Shown: positions 24,126-37,416, counted from the whole stretch's first letter. The stretch: DNA of 63,999 bases, filler included, from Asterionella formosa (GCA_002256025.1; 10 parts of 10 records of this genome joined end to end with filler, not necessarily neighbours in it); one strand, 5' to 3'. The notes: generated from the sequence alone by a model not told the origin. Translations and numbers: made by a program.

Positions 24126-25532
24126 TTATGCTTCATTTGGATCTGACGTGTAGATATCAACAAATTCAACGCCTTCGAACTTGACATCTTTGTCATATCG
24201 TACTTCATCCATCAAAACCTCCCCCGTCATGACATCAAACACTATGAAATAAGAGCGTTGCTTACAAACGTCCGCTTCCCCTCCGACACAATCCTCTTCC
24301 ACAGTTCTTACTGCGAGTGCATGGCGGTCTCCGGTACCAGGAACGAAGGCAAATGTACTGAACCCGTGCAAAGGGTCCATTTCCTTCATTCCAATCTCCA
24401 CAACCTTGGTTTCTGAAAAGTCCTCATCTACTAGCACCAACTTATTGGATCCCATCTTTTCATCTGCAACCTCATCATATGCCTCTGATGAAATCCTTCT
24501 AGGCAAAAAGACCCATTTCTTCATGGCTGGGCTCCATAAGACAGCTTCATGGATGATATATCCAGGTGCAGACGCCCCCAAGGCCGCTCTGACGACATTG
24601 TATTGTTTAGTCCAATCGACGCGAGTCAATTCACCCCGTGTCGTTAGGATGGCAACCCACAAATTGTTGGTATTGGCAATGCTTCCATCTGGATTCGTAT
24701 ATTCTTTTCCCATGCTTCCCATATAGAGTTCGTTCCCCTTCACAGTTGCCCACTCCCACTTCATACCCTTGTCAGTGTCACCCGACCCTTCAGTAATAAC
24801 AAATCTAGGAACGACGAAGGATTCAGTCCCATGTTTGATATTGAGTATTTCGAAAATAGATCCAGTGCGATCGTCAAAGGTGAGTAGACGGTTTTGAAAG
24901 ACAGTCAGTTCGGAAAGTTCCATTCCTCGCCCCGCTTCATTATGCTGGGAGAAGAGCGTTCGTGTTGGATCAAATTGAATGGTGTATTTGCTAGTATTGT
25001 CACGCCTGATGATACCAGGCAATAAGATGGAGCGAAAGGTAGGTTTCTTGGCATCTGCAACCTTGGAGAGTTGGTCCATGTCTGTCACTGTAGCAAATCG
25101 AAATGAATCTTCTGGAAGAATGGCATCGGCCGACTTGAAGTATCCTGCGCTGGTTGCACCTCCAAAGTGCACGGAGGACGAGGAGCGTCCACTAAGGGGC
25201 AAGTGATATACATGATAGGTGAGTAAATGCTGCTGTGCAGGAGCGGCGACGAAGTGCCAATTTGAAGAAACGAGCACGTTCAAATACGAGCCTGTCGCAA
25301 CACAGCAGGAGCCTCCACAGCAGCTCACTTACAATGACCCCCTGAGACCACCAGATTTCCCACCGCCCGCTGTACTTCCGTGCTGTACAACGTCCAAACT
25401 GAAAATCAGAACAAAGCCAAGGAAGCAAATGGTTGCAATCACCGCCTTGCTATTTTGACGAATGATAAAATTGCCCTTGGCCAAGAATCCGTTGGTCCTA
25501 GGATATGCCATGGATTCTGATCGCTGCAACAT
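24126..25532 (-). CDS. CANT1: Calcium-activated nucleotidase/apyrase (CANT1/SCAN-1 family), type II membrane protein; intron 25192-25332
   Basis: GRGMELSEL, FDDRTG, GMKWEWATVK, GSMGKEYT, IHEAVLWS, FLPRR, KFEG; N-terminal TM segment VIATICFLGFVLIFSL. Confidence 0.92.
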
Positions 25533-25831
25533 AGCTTCTTGTGATGAGAGAAACAGCAGTCTTCGAGGCGGGAATGACGATCCAAGCGCTTGCTTCTTCT
25601 TTCTTTTCCGGCGTAGTAGGATGCTCTTGTTGCTTGGGCCGTCTGTAGGTGGCAAAATGGTGGGCAACCCGGGTCACGTCACGCCAAAGCCGTCTTTGTG
25701 TTGTGCGCTGTGCTGTGCTGTACTGTACTGTNNNNNNNNNNNNNNNNNNNNNNNNNNNNNNNNNNNNNNNNNNNNTTAATTAATTAANNNNNNNNNNNNN
25801 NNNNNNNNNNNNNNNNNNNNNNNNNNNNNNN

Positions 25832-26284
25832 ACAAGGACACAAGGTGACTACAAATGTCATTTACCGTGACAACACTAGCGCAATGAAGCTAGAAGCAAA
25901 TGGAAAAGTAAGTTCAGGAAAACGCACGCAACATTTCAACATCAAGTATTTTTGTCTTATTGAAAGAAAGGAAGTACAGATTAAGTACTGTCCAACGGAT
26001 GCAATGTTAGCAGACTACTACATGACGAAACCACTGGTTGGAACGAAATTCATTCATTTTCGTCAGCAAATTATGAATTCAAAGTGAGCGTCCATGTATA
26101 GCAGGAGTGTGTTGGAGAAATTATTTTAGGAAAGAAAATCCCGGTATAAATTACCTACTACATATTGAACTTTGAGAGAAGGTAAACGTTTTGTCAGTTT
26201 TGTTCCAATAGAAGTGAATAGGTCCAACGAGCGACAAGAGCACTTACGCAATTTGGTTTTGTTTTACATTGGTGCTCCCCAACA
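25832..26284 (+). mobile_element. Copia 3' end: RNase H tail, PPT and 3' LTR (26110-26284)
   Basis: IYRDNTSAMKLE..GKRTQHFNIKYF..YCPTDAMLADY.TKPL; GCAGGAGTG then TGTTGG...CCAACA. Confidence 0.9.
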
Positions 26285-26995
26285 AGCGAAACGAGCTGTT
26301 GAATCAACGGAGAAAAAAGGAAATGTGCGTTTAGTTAACAATTTGTTGTTGTGCTGCCTGCCTCCCAACAATTGTCATCCAAGTACCACATTGATGGCTT
26401 CATTACCTTAAACATTCTCCATCCTTCGAATGCGCAATGTGTCGAAGCCACAATGTTTTTCGTTATGTATTGCATAAACTTTCTTTGCTTGTCATGTGCT
26501 TAACTACGACGTATCTTTTCATGAAGCAGCAGGCATTGTTTGTTAACATGACAGAACGATTTCAAAAATATATGCCATGGATATAGTAATAAAATTTTTA
26601 AATATATATATCAAGTGTTATACATTTTTAAAATTCAAAGGCGCTCTCGATATGGAACATCTGATATGGTTGGGATGATCATACTCGCATATACATAATT
26701 CGAAAATGCTCAATGCACTATATGTCCATTGTTTTCCACGACTACCTGTACCGGTATTGTTTCTGAAATTTGTTTGCATCGATATTTTCTACGTCCATTA
26801 TAACTAATTATTTAGACCGTTCAATTGCCGCAAGGGTTTTGGTAGCAAATTGTTTAAGCCCCTTTTTTGGTTGGGAGCTCTTCATGTGTACCGGTACATC
26901 ATATGACAATCACAATATATCATATATATTTACAGAGTACCAGTAGCAGGTAGTAAGTGATATACTGGGGGTAGTCGGAGTAGTAAACTAGCAAC

Positions 26996-27435
26996 AGAAC
27001 ACCATATGTTCAGGACTGTTGCTACTGCAGTGGGAAAGTAAATCATCATAGTTTTAGGATCGTATGATCGTAAAACTAAAAACCAATAGAACACCATATG
27101 TTCATGACTGTTGCAATTACAGTGGGACAGTAAATCATCATAGTTTTATGATCGTATGATCGTAAAACTAAAAACCAATAGAACATCATATGTTCAGGAC
27201 TGTTGCTACTGCAGTGGGACAGTAAATCATCATAGTTTTAGGATCGTATAATCGTAAAACTAAAAACCAATAGAACACCATATAATCAGGACTGTTGCTA
27301 CTGCAGTGGGATAGTAAATCATCATAGTTTTAGGATTGTATGATCGTGAAACTGAAAAGCTGTAATCGGAGTAATAAGCAAGCAATAGAACACCATATGT
27401 CTATGACTACTGCTACTGCAGCGGGACAGTAAATG
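26996..27435 (+). repeat. 92-bp tandem repeat: four units starting at 26996, 27088, 27180, 27272, plus a partial at 27387
   Basis: Unit AGAACACCATATGTTCAGGACTGTTGCTACTGCAGTGGGACAGTAAATCATCATAGTTTTAGGATCGTATGATCGTAAAACTAAAAACCAAT with few substitutions. Confidence 0.96.
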
Positions 27436-28215
27436 ATTTTAAGATCATCGACCTTTAAGGAAGACAACGACAACAGTTATCAAGTAGTACAATGTTCTTG
27501 TCAATCCATATACCCATGAAATTTCAGAGAACGAAATTCGTCATTCTACCGATTTTGTCGACATTGGTGGGAAACCACTTATTAAAAAAAGTGTGAGGGA
27601 AGAAAGTTCAGTTTCAAATGGTCTTACTGATCAATGGACTGATGAAATTGATTTACTCGGTTAATAAAAGGAAATCTACAATGGATTTTCACAAAAGAAT
27701 CGATCTGAATATGAAAGGCAGGAATCCTAATGGAATTGCTACTCCCACCACAAATATCATCTACCCATTCTCATTCTTTTTATTTCACAATGTAAGTAAA
27801 GAGGATATGCATCAATTTGTTGAATCACTTCAACCAAATGTTCCTGAAAGGAATATTGATTATAATGACCGCATTAATCAACAGGTCATTGATGACGATG
27901 TTGATTTTGAATGGATCTAATAGAATCCAATGCATACTTAGTAGTTACATAATAATTATACTTAGTGTGAGACTTCTACATTGCAAGCCATATCATAGAT
28001 GATAGGAAAACATTGATTCTGCTCTATACTACTATTACTATCAGTGCCGCCTGTACTACATGTAGCGGTATACCTCCATTTTTACTACTATGGTGGAGTG
28101 ATAATTTCACGACTCTGTATTTTCCAGCACAGCATGTTCGAACTGGCGGTCAATTTATTATTATATATTAATTCATTTTCATTGTATCCTGTTCATATCC
28201 TGACTTGGTCATCAT

Positions 28216-31200
28216 TTGCAATTTGCAATGTCTTTGCGCACATTGCAATGGTGTTATCTGTGTAACTACAAATTTCGGAAGAATAAATCCCCATCTGAGT
28301 CTCACAATCGAAATTGTAGCAACCGTGTTTTTTATGCATATGGTCACTGTCGACATTGCATGCAGGAACATCGAGTTCCTGGAATACATAGTGAAACTAT
28401 GTATTGCGGTAGTGCATCTAATCATTCAAGGAAAGAAGTTAATGATGGTAGTGTAACTGCTGCAGCATTTAGGGAGATTAGACAAGAAGAGATTATGTGT
28501 CCTATCCTTGAATCAAGTGAGCACAATCATCCACTTCATGACGACAGCAACGATTCAGTTTATAACAATATTCAGTCACAACAGGATGAACAATTGAGAC
28601 TAAAAACTGTCCAAGGGTTGAATTCAGAAACCATGCAATATTCAGATTTTTAAGATCGCACCGGCTTTCTCCCTGAAAATACAATGGAAATGCCCCTTCC
28701 TCCTCAATTTCAACTTCCAAGTAAAAATTCTTTTGACATGCATCCAATTGAATTAGAACTCATGTTATTCATCAACGAGAATTATCTTCCACCAGTTTTC
28801 TTTGATCATCTAATGAAATGGCTGTTCAAGGCAAAAGCAATGAAATATTTTGATGGAAGGGCTCAGGTATCAAGCTCCATCCTACCAGACTTTGAAAAAA
28901 CGCATGGATGTGCATTTCATTTCCACCATCATTAGCTGGTGGTCAACTGCTGACCCAACAAATAAAGATTGATAACAATTCAAATATGATCATCCCACGC
29001 ACACTCCATTATTTCGAACCAGTACAGCTCATGGCAGGATTGCTACGTGATTCCGATATCATGCAACATTTTGTATGTCACCCACAAGTGAAACTTACTA
29101 CTTGTGGAGAACGCATATATGACGAAGTAACTTCTGCAACTTGGTTTGAAAATGCATTCAACAATTCTCCTGCATCAGAAAATGGAGTGTTGAAGACAGG
29201 GTGTTTATTTGTTGCCCTAGCAGTTTTCAGTGATGGTTCACCTATTGATAAACAAATAAAACATTCCGAGCATCCGTTTTTGCTGACAATGTTGAACTTA
29301 ACGTTAGAAGGAAGAAAAAAAGTTGATGGATGGCAATTAGTATCTCTTTTGCCAGACATTGAAGTCAGTGATCTGGAAAAACAAATGAATAATAAGTTAT
29401 CAGGTGACGACTTGTACTTATGTAGACTCAAATTATATCATTCTGTTACAGGATTTCTATTGTCGCCTTTCGAAGAGCGATCCAAGCAATTTATACGATA
29501 TTTGGGTTCATGGTCTTGGTATGACAAAATTTCATTTCCAAGTTGGAATGATCATTGGTGATACAGAAGAAAAATAAAATTTGTGGCTTCAGGGGTGGTA
29601 ATGGATTATATCGACGATATGTTTGTTGTGATTGCCTGGTTTCAACTGAGGATGCTGATAATCCTGATATTGGATGTGAACATCGTGAAGTGACAGATGT
29701 TAAAATGTTTTTAAACAAGTTTCTTGACAAAAATGCATATCCCGATGGAAATTTCCATGTATCCCACCTGAGTATTGTGTCTCCCAATCTAATGGCAAAT
29801 ACGCAACAGCAAACGAGTGGTGCCGTGTTATATCGCATAATCCTATTATGTCTTCACTAATAAATCATTTTTTTGGTGGTGACTTAGAAGGATTATTTGG
29901 TGCAACTCCATTTGAGGTTCTTCATCAATTACTACTTGGAATATTTAAGTTCGCACATTTTGGAATCTTTGTACAATTATCGGACTATCCCTGAAGAATG
30001 GACATGTTTTTTTAAAGAAAGAAAATCTCCAGATATTCCAGAAAACATCTCCAATCATATACGTAACACTGAAACAACAGACTGTGCTTTTCTTGATCAA
30101 GAGCAACCGAAGAAACGGGCAAAGACCAAAAAGGACACACGCACCAGTTATCAAAAATATCTACAATGGCAAAATCACGACCCAACACTTGCTTGTACCA
30201 GCACCAGAAATGTATTTTCGAAACAATACTTCGAACAAAGTGCTAGATATATCAATAGTCATTTGGAAAGCAAGGCAAAGCGATCGTGATATTCCAAAAT
30301 TGTCGTACAGATCTGGGATGACAGCTTTGTAGAACAAGTCAGGGCGAGAAATTCCCGGATTATGTCTGTTAACTATTTTTTCAATGGGTGGAATGATGGG
30401 TTCAGAGAACATGCACCTAGAAAAGGATTTCACATTGCTGTTATGGCTATGTATATCTATCAATGACACTTTATTCATACCACAATATACATCAACATCT
30501 ATTGATATTTTAGAGGAAAAGGTTAAGAGACTTATGTCAGTTACTAAGATTATGATTGGTCCCCAACGAGAAATGATATCTCAAATTGGCTTACGAATGG
30601 CGAAATTTCATGGAATGAAACATTACCCTCATCTGATTAGGAAGTTCGGATCTCCCCTTATTTTCTTTGGTGGATACTTGGAGTATTTTTTGAAAGACAA
30701 ATTGAAACGACCCAGTAAGCGTGTCAATGGACAATTACATCGATTAAAGCATGACATTTTAACAAGGTCGTATGAAACAAGGCAGTTTGCATTGGCACGA
30801 AAAATTGTATTTGTAAGTGATTCATTACATACAGAAAACAAACAAAAGAAGATGAGTTAAGTGTACATCAATGTAACTGAGGGTATTTCAACAGAAATTG
30901 ATTTCGAAGGAACGATTCCGGATACAATGATGTTGCCTAGTAGGTCGCCTGAAAATTTTGGAATATCGCCTACCAAAATCCATTCACCAGCCCTTCCTGT
31001 TAAAGTTCAATTTTCTGCTTCATCATCAAATGGTCTATGGACTATAGCAGGTGTCCCTAATAAGATTGGGCATGTATCACGGAGTAAGGATGCACCCTTG
31101 TCTCAATTGGTTCATCCTGATTTACCGAAGGGGGCCAACTACGTAAAGAGCATTGCGAATTCAGCAATAGAAATAGCAAAAATCAAAAGTCTTGAAGATG

Positions 31201-31739
31201 GGATTGGGCCTGTTTCCATTGTAAGGATTGACTTTTATTATCATGTCAAAATTGAAAGTAATGTTCCTGGCCAAACTACTATTTTCAGATGCCATCCGAA
31301 ATGGAATAATGATTCAAAGGCAGGAATCTCTGGTCGTTAATGGTTTGACTGGGTCGAAGTGAACTGGGAGAAGGGAGATGGATCAAGTTTCTACACAGTT
31401 TCTGCAAAACTACTTCTTTGGGTAAATGTTATTTTCTCCAACACATCAACCATTCTCTTAGCGTATACTTGTTATTTGAAAAGTTCAACTGAAATGAAAA
31501 TTCATAAACGTATGTTTTTTGCAAGAGGAGACACCTTATGCAATGATACAACTGAATTGAGCGTTGTTGAATTTCATAACATGCTTTCGGCAGCATTTGT
31601 TGTTCCTGCTTTGAAACCACAGGAATCAAGGAAATCTCTGAAACCGCAAGAAGTTTGGGAACAGATATGGAAAGATAATTTTATGTTGCCATGCCTCCAC
31701 GTAATTTATGGAAATCAATCGGGTGGGACCAAAAACTAA
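28216..31739 (+). mobile_element. Plavaka-type (EnSpm/CACTA-related) transposase pseudogene
   Basis: Across frameshifts: AVFSDGSPID..EHPFLLTMLNL, MIIGDTEE..KICG..VCCDC, GATPFEVLHQLLLG, KFHGMKHYPHLIRKFGSP..E..LKDKLKRPSKR, FRCHPKWN..WFDWVEVNW. Confidence 0.8.
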
Positions 31740-33003
31740 CAAGCGAACGTTGATAAATATTTAAGAATAAAATATAAATGATAATGGTAACAATATAGTT
31801 TCGCATACTAAATTGGTTATTATGAGGTTTTCACAAACTACAATTTCCTAAGAAATGATTATCCAATGGTCCATTATTTGTTCTTTTTCACTCCCAAAGA
31901 ACCAAAGATGGTCCTTCAGGTTTCCTCTGAAATTTTGCTTCTCCACTTTTCAACTGCAGTTCGATATGAGTCTGCAAATTTCTTCAATTTGATTCCAGAA
32001 GGGCTATCATCAGATACAAAATTTTCTTTCAACTTTTTGTCAATTTTGATGCATCCAGAAATTTGGCCAAGAGGTGCATGATTATACCATTTGAAGGGAG
32101 CAAGTTTGTCATTACTTTGTTGTATCATGGATTTTACGTAGACAACTTCATCCTTCTTGAAAGAAGAGTTGCAAGGAACTCGTCCAAATANNNNNNNNNN
32201 NNNNNNNNNNNNNNNNNNNNNNNNNNNNNNNNNNTTAATTAATTAANNNNNNNNNNNNNNNNNNNNNNNNNNNNNNNNNNNNNNNNNNNNTGGTACCTGG
32301 TAGTCTGGACTGCTGATAAGATTCCCCTACATTTGCATCAAGATTCACTTATGCAGCAAGATTCACCTATGTGCAAGAAATCTGAATAAGAATTGATAAT
32401 TGCTGCCAAGATTCGCCAACAGATATGAAGAAGTTGAAAACCGAAATGACAGCGATTGACCCCTGCTTGATTTCGCATCGCTCGATTGGCATACCGGTAT
32501 ATCTTATGAAACAATATATTAATTTAGCTACAATGACTGATTAGGATTCTTTTCATCATTTATTCTATTGCCCTTTTCGCCTTCAAACGTTTGAAGGACA
32601 ACGCACCGAAGTCATAAATTAATGTAATTAAGAATACGGATTTCCTTTACCCCAAGGATGTAAAAGAGCTTGGCTGCTTGAGAAAGATTTCACAAAATTC
32701 CTGGGCAACATTGATCAATTACCGTACCCCTGGTAGTAGCTGGTACGGTAGACGATGATTCAAAAGGCATTTCGAATTGGTTGCGTGATATCTTACGTAT
32801 TTTCTGGTACATTCCTTACGAAGTGTCACGAAAAGACGATGACGATAGTATTTCGTCATTTGATATTATACTAAATTACACGCATCATAATATAACCAAG
32901 AAGAAACAAAATCTCGGTTTGGCAACATCGACGTTGTGTTGCTGTGAATCCTCTGACCACTGTCTTCCCCGTCCACCTAACAAAGTAACATCACAGCAAA
33001 AAC

Positions 33004-33453
33004 ATGTGGACTCGCCTAGTTCTTCTCTTTGCATTGATTTCCAACGTGAACTCTCAAACCGCGTATTGCGTCACGGGATTCATTATGGATACCTTTTGCA
33101 TCAAGTTGGGTACTCTTCTGGACAATCCCTCTTTAAGAACTCTACGTTATCCTGCCAACCATACCATACACTGCTTGGTGGATGTACCAAGTTGTGTTAG
33201 CGGTGGGTACGAAGTCTTGACCACACCACCAGCCGGCAAAACCGACTTTGTTCGAGCCGCAAAGTTGGACGCTGTTGGGAATAAGAAAGTTGTTCAAATG
33301 GCAAGGGCGGTTGGATCATGCGGTACATGCAATGTGAAAGGAACTCAAAAGAAAGGTTTCCGTGCAACTGTGAAAGGATTGCTGTATAAAAATACAGTTC
33401 CTCCAACTTTGAAGGTCACTCAGCTCTTGAATGCGTCTGTCAAATGTGTCTAA
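33004..33453 (+). CDS. Small secreted Cys/His-containing protein (149 aa)
   Basis: Signal peptide MWTRLVLLFALISNVNS; motif CVTGFIMDTFC..GTLLDNPS..HTIHCLVDVPSC..GYEVL and CGTC. Confidence 0.82.
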   Translation: MWTRLVLLFALISNVNSQTAYCVTGFIMDTFCIKLGTLLDNPSLRTLRYPANHTIHCLVDVPSCVSGGYEVLTTPPAGKTDFVRAAKLDAVGNKKVVQMARAVGSCGTCNVKGTQKKGFRATVKGLLYKNTVPPTLKVTQLLNASVKCV

Positions 33454-34292
33454 TTCTTGTTATGGACTCAACAGAATGGTCTAAACCTCAAGACAATGTC
33501 ACATCATACAAATGATCATTTGTTTTGTTTGGTCGTGAGCTTGGTGCTTGACCTTGGCACCCTGAGGTTTCCATAAAGTATACGGTGCAATGAAGTTTAG
33601 TATAAAATAATGTATTAGGTAGACTCGTATGTCTTAAAAATCTCTATGGGCCCTATGAATGTGATTTGATATCTGATGCACGCTTTTTGTTTGTTTGCTC
33701 CCAAAGTTGTCGATGTCGGCGTTTCTTGGACATTTTCGCCCCGTAGACACTTAAGCCACTAATCGATCTTTTTAGCCGGTATCTGGCAATTGTAATACCG
33801 GTATCCACAGATCAGATCGCTGATTAGTTTCGTATATATACCAAACAGCTGTTTGGCCACTGCTGCACGATGGTACACACCTTAACTTGGCCCGTTGTTG
33901 ATTTCATGAGGATCCTAGATTGTCTCTCGCTTCATTCCGAAGGTTTAGTGGATGCGACGGTAAACACCACGCCACAACTATCAAAGGTAATTCAAATAAC
34001 CTGATTCGCGCTGGTTGCTGATTCCTTTTTCAGTCGAAGAGTTTGCATCTATCAATATCCAGTATATTTGTCATTTCATTAGCTTTGCTTTAACCCTACT
34101 GCGTATAGTACACATGCAATAACATAGAACTTTTCTTAAATGTGGTATACTCTATACTACTATTTTTGTTCTCATAACCTGCTTTCTACTACTCGTGCCA
34201 CTACATAAATCGCCCCTGACTCCTCGTTTTCGCAATTTTCCGTGGCCTTGATGACATCTCTGTTATTGATGTGTTCCACTTCTATTGCTTTA

Positions 34293-35269
34293 CTACTCTT
34301 CTTCTTTAGCGACTTCCTTGCTACCAAATCCCGTTCCAGCTTCTGCAGCACCCAAACTAACCACCACTTCTGCCAGACGCATAATGTTACCATTGAGCTC
34401 CAATCCTACTTTCTCCACTCGAATGATCATTCCTTTCTCCGTTTCTTTGGAGTGCTCTTCTTTGCTAATGTTCATTCGTTGAGGATCAACAGGACCTCCC
34501 ACTGTTGCTGTAAATTCTTCCACACCCAAGGCCTTGAGAGCAGTGGTCATGGCACCAGTCAATCCAGAATACTGCTTCCCAAAGTCATCCTCCGCATATT
34601 GTTCTTTCAATGCTTTAAGTTCATCCACAATAGGGAGGAATGATTGCACCACAGATGCAGTAGCCGTTCCTGCGTTGCTATTTTCCATGGACTATAAATA
34701 AATTCATGTGTGTGTTTGTGATGGGTTAAGTCTCGAATGTCTCAAGCATTGAAATCATGTCATTTGTAATGCTTGTCAAAACTGACGACAAAACGTACCT
34801 TTCGCAATCGTCGCATATTTTCCACTTCAGCCACTCTTCTAGCATATCCTGTCTTGGTGTATCGTTCCGCTTGTTCTTGAGTGACAGAAAGTTGACGAGT
34901 TTTTGCTTTAAGAGCCGATTCCAAGTCAGCAATTTCCTTTTTGAGAGCTGTCAAGGCTGGATCTTCGACTTGTACTTTTGGTTCCTTCTCCTCCTCCTCC
35001 TTCTCCATCACAACATCATCAGTATCAGTTCCTCCAGTACTAACAGTACCATTCGCATCATCCATAATTTCCGTCACTGTTTCTGATGATGACTCATCTT
35101 CAGCTGGTGCTGTTGCATACAAAAAAGGAATAGGATGTGGAAGGAGCGACGAAGGACGAAGTATGGCGCCAACGTTTCGTCCATTACGGCAACTCAACGT
35201 TACTACTCCAAAAGCATTCGTCGAAACAGCAGTTAGAATGACTGCAAATACGGTCTTGTGGAAGATCAT
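34293..35269 (-). CDS. grpE: GrpE nucleotide exchange factor, probably plastid-targeted; intron 34692-34798
   Basis: Signal ending STNAF, coiled coil, AEVENMRR, QSFLPIVDEL, KVGLELNGNIMRLAEVVVS. Splice keeps the frame. Confidence 0.87.
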
Positions 35270-36714
35270 TTTGGAGGTTTGGGGTGTGAGTGGGGGTGGG
35301 TGTATGGAATGGATATAGAAAGACGAGGATTCAACAATTGATTTATTTCTTTGATAAAAAATATGTAGGTATGTTTATTACCCACCCACAAAGGGTAATA
35401 AAAGTGATGGCGTGCAGAAGGCGAGAGAAGTCGATAATAATACTGGTAAACATATATGTGGATATCAGTATAACAATACAAAGTAATTGCAGTGGTACCA
35501 GGTACTACGGCAGTCTGCTGGTGTATCAGAAAACCATATCTCATACGCCGAGTACCTGTACATTCGTGGGATACTTGATACCCATAGCACCAGGTACCAA
35601 AGGGTAACCTGTTTCAAGTGCGTCTCCTTGATGCATCAACCGCCGCACACTTGGAAAGGTGCGTACATGTGTATGTACTCGTACTAGTTCTAAACATGCT
35701 CTTAGTACCGTTAAAATGGTTGGTACTGGTACCAGGGTACTGTTGCAACGGCACTGCATGATACTGAACGGTACCGTAGTCGTCATTAGTGGTTGATGGG
35801 TAGGGGGGGGTGGGGGGTTTATCATGTGGTGGTAAAAAGCGATGGATAGTAATAAAGAAAGCGAAATGAAATTAGCGTGTGCGTATGGCTGTAGTTAGTA
35901 TGCACACATCTTGCAAACCCTACCACCACCCAAGGAAGAATTTTTTGCCAGGTGGCGTTTTGATGATTGCTGCTGCTTTGAGAACCGGTACAACCCTGGT
36001 AAGCAAATTTCAGGATGACTCCGGCACTACTACCGGGTATGTATCGGTATCCTACAGGTACTCCCTTGTCCCCTGACGAAGAGATTACGCATGTCGTGAC
36101 AATGATGCTGGTAACATCATAAGGCTACCGGTAGGTGATGGACAGACAACAGTATTCAGCACCACCACCGAATGTGTGCAGCTTCCAAACATGTTTTTAA
36201 TTATATCGTAGCAAAGACTTAAAGCAAAGCAATCGGTAGCCACCTGCCTGTTGTGACTTATCAACATACATACTCGTAGTATAGTACCTACCAGTACCCT
36301 GGTACCTGGTAGCAACAATGCCTAGGCAAGCAAGCAAGGAACCAAAAGACAAGTTGAGTCAAACGACGGTTTCTACTTATTTAAAAAAAGAAGAAGCAAC
36401 ATGTTAAAAAAGCGTGGCCACATGTATTCATACGAAATGTCATAGAGTATTCATACATAGAGTTCACAGTACCTGGTAGACTATATGAAATACCATGGAT
36501 ATGTATACCAGCATTTCCTTTCTCGTTCGTTTCAATATTCACCTGTGATACATACCGGTGGTTAATATAAAATAATTTACTATTTTTATAATATAAGTAA
36601 ATAATGCATATATGTGATATATACCTGTATTATCGATAATATATCATCCATAAAAAGTATACCGGTATATCGTTGCAACAAAGTGAAGGAAAAGTAACCA
36701 GCACCTTTCCCACC

Positions 36715-37416
36715 ATGACTATTGTTGCCAAGGAAGATACAAGAAACAAATCGTGGAGTGAAGGTTCCATTGGTGCCAAACTGTTGGGGAAATTGGGCTG
36801 GACAGAAGGTCAAGGATTGGGTCGGAACAAGCAAGGAACGTCACATGCCTTGGTAGCAATCCGTCGTGCCGATGGTGTTGGACTTGGTGCTACTTCCAAT
36901 GATCAAGATACGACTGGATGGAAAGATACGAATGATAACTTTGCTTCCGTCCTGAGGAATTTACAATCTGAGCATGCAACAGCAACCAGCAGCAACAACA
37001 AGAGCAAGAGTAGTAGTAAAAAGGACAAGAAGCCAAAATTAGTATTGGCCAAGAATAGAGTCTTGGCAGGACATGCAAAGAAAATGAGAGCAGCCAAGGA
37101 CTTGTCGAATAAAACAAATGAAGAAATGGCATGTATTTTTGGTGGAGCCGTACATCAAGGGACAACGAAGAAACCCAAAATGTCAAAGAAACGATCTCGT
37201 GAGGACGACAACAACAGTGAGGAGAAGAAACCAAGCGGAAACAATGCAAAATGTGTTAGTACCGCAGTTACCAGTGAAGCGTTATTACTGGATGATGATG
37301 CCTGCAACGACAACGACACACTAACAATGACCACGAAACAAAGTGTAAATGACAATGTCGCCAATAAGAAAGTAAGTAAGAAGCGAAAAAAGGAAAAGAA
37401 ACGGACCAAAGAGTAG
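36715..37416 (+). CDS. PINX1: G-patch protein, PinX1/Pxr1(Gno1)-like
   Basis: DTRNKSWS..GAKLLGKLGWTEGQGLGRNKQG..GLGA..W..F..VL..L; Lys-rich tail. Confidence 0.8.
   Translation: MTIVAKEDTRNKSWSEGSIGAKLLGKLGWTEGQGLGRNKQGTSHALVAIRRADGVGLGATSNDQDTTGWKDTNDNFASVLRNLQSEHATATSSNNKSKSSSKKDKKPKLVLAKNRVLAGHAKKMRAAKDLSNKTNEEMACIFGGAVHQGTTKKPKMSKKRSREDDNNSEEKKPSGNNAKCVSTAVTSEALLLDDDACNDNDTLTMTTKQSVNDNVANKKVSKKRKKEKKRTKE

Noticed and set aside
26996..27435. Possible CRISPR array
   Set aside because: Units are contiguous near-identical 92-mers with no unique spacers; there are no cas genes and the context is eukaryotic.
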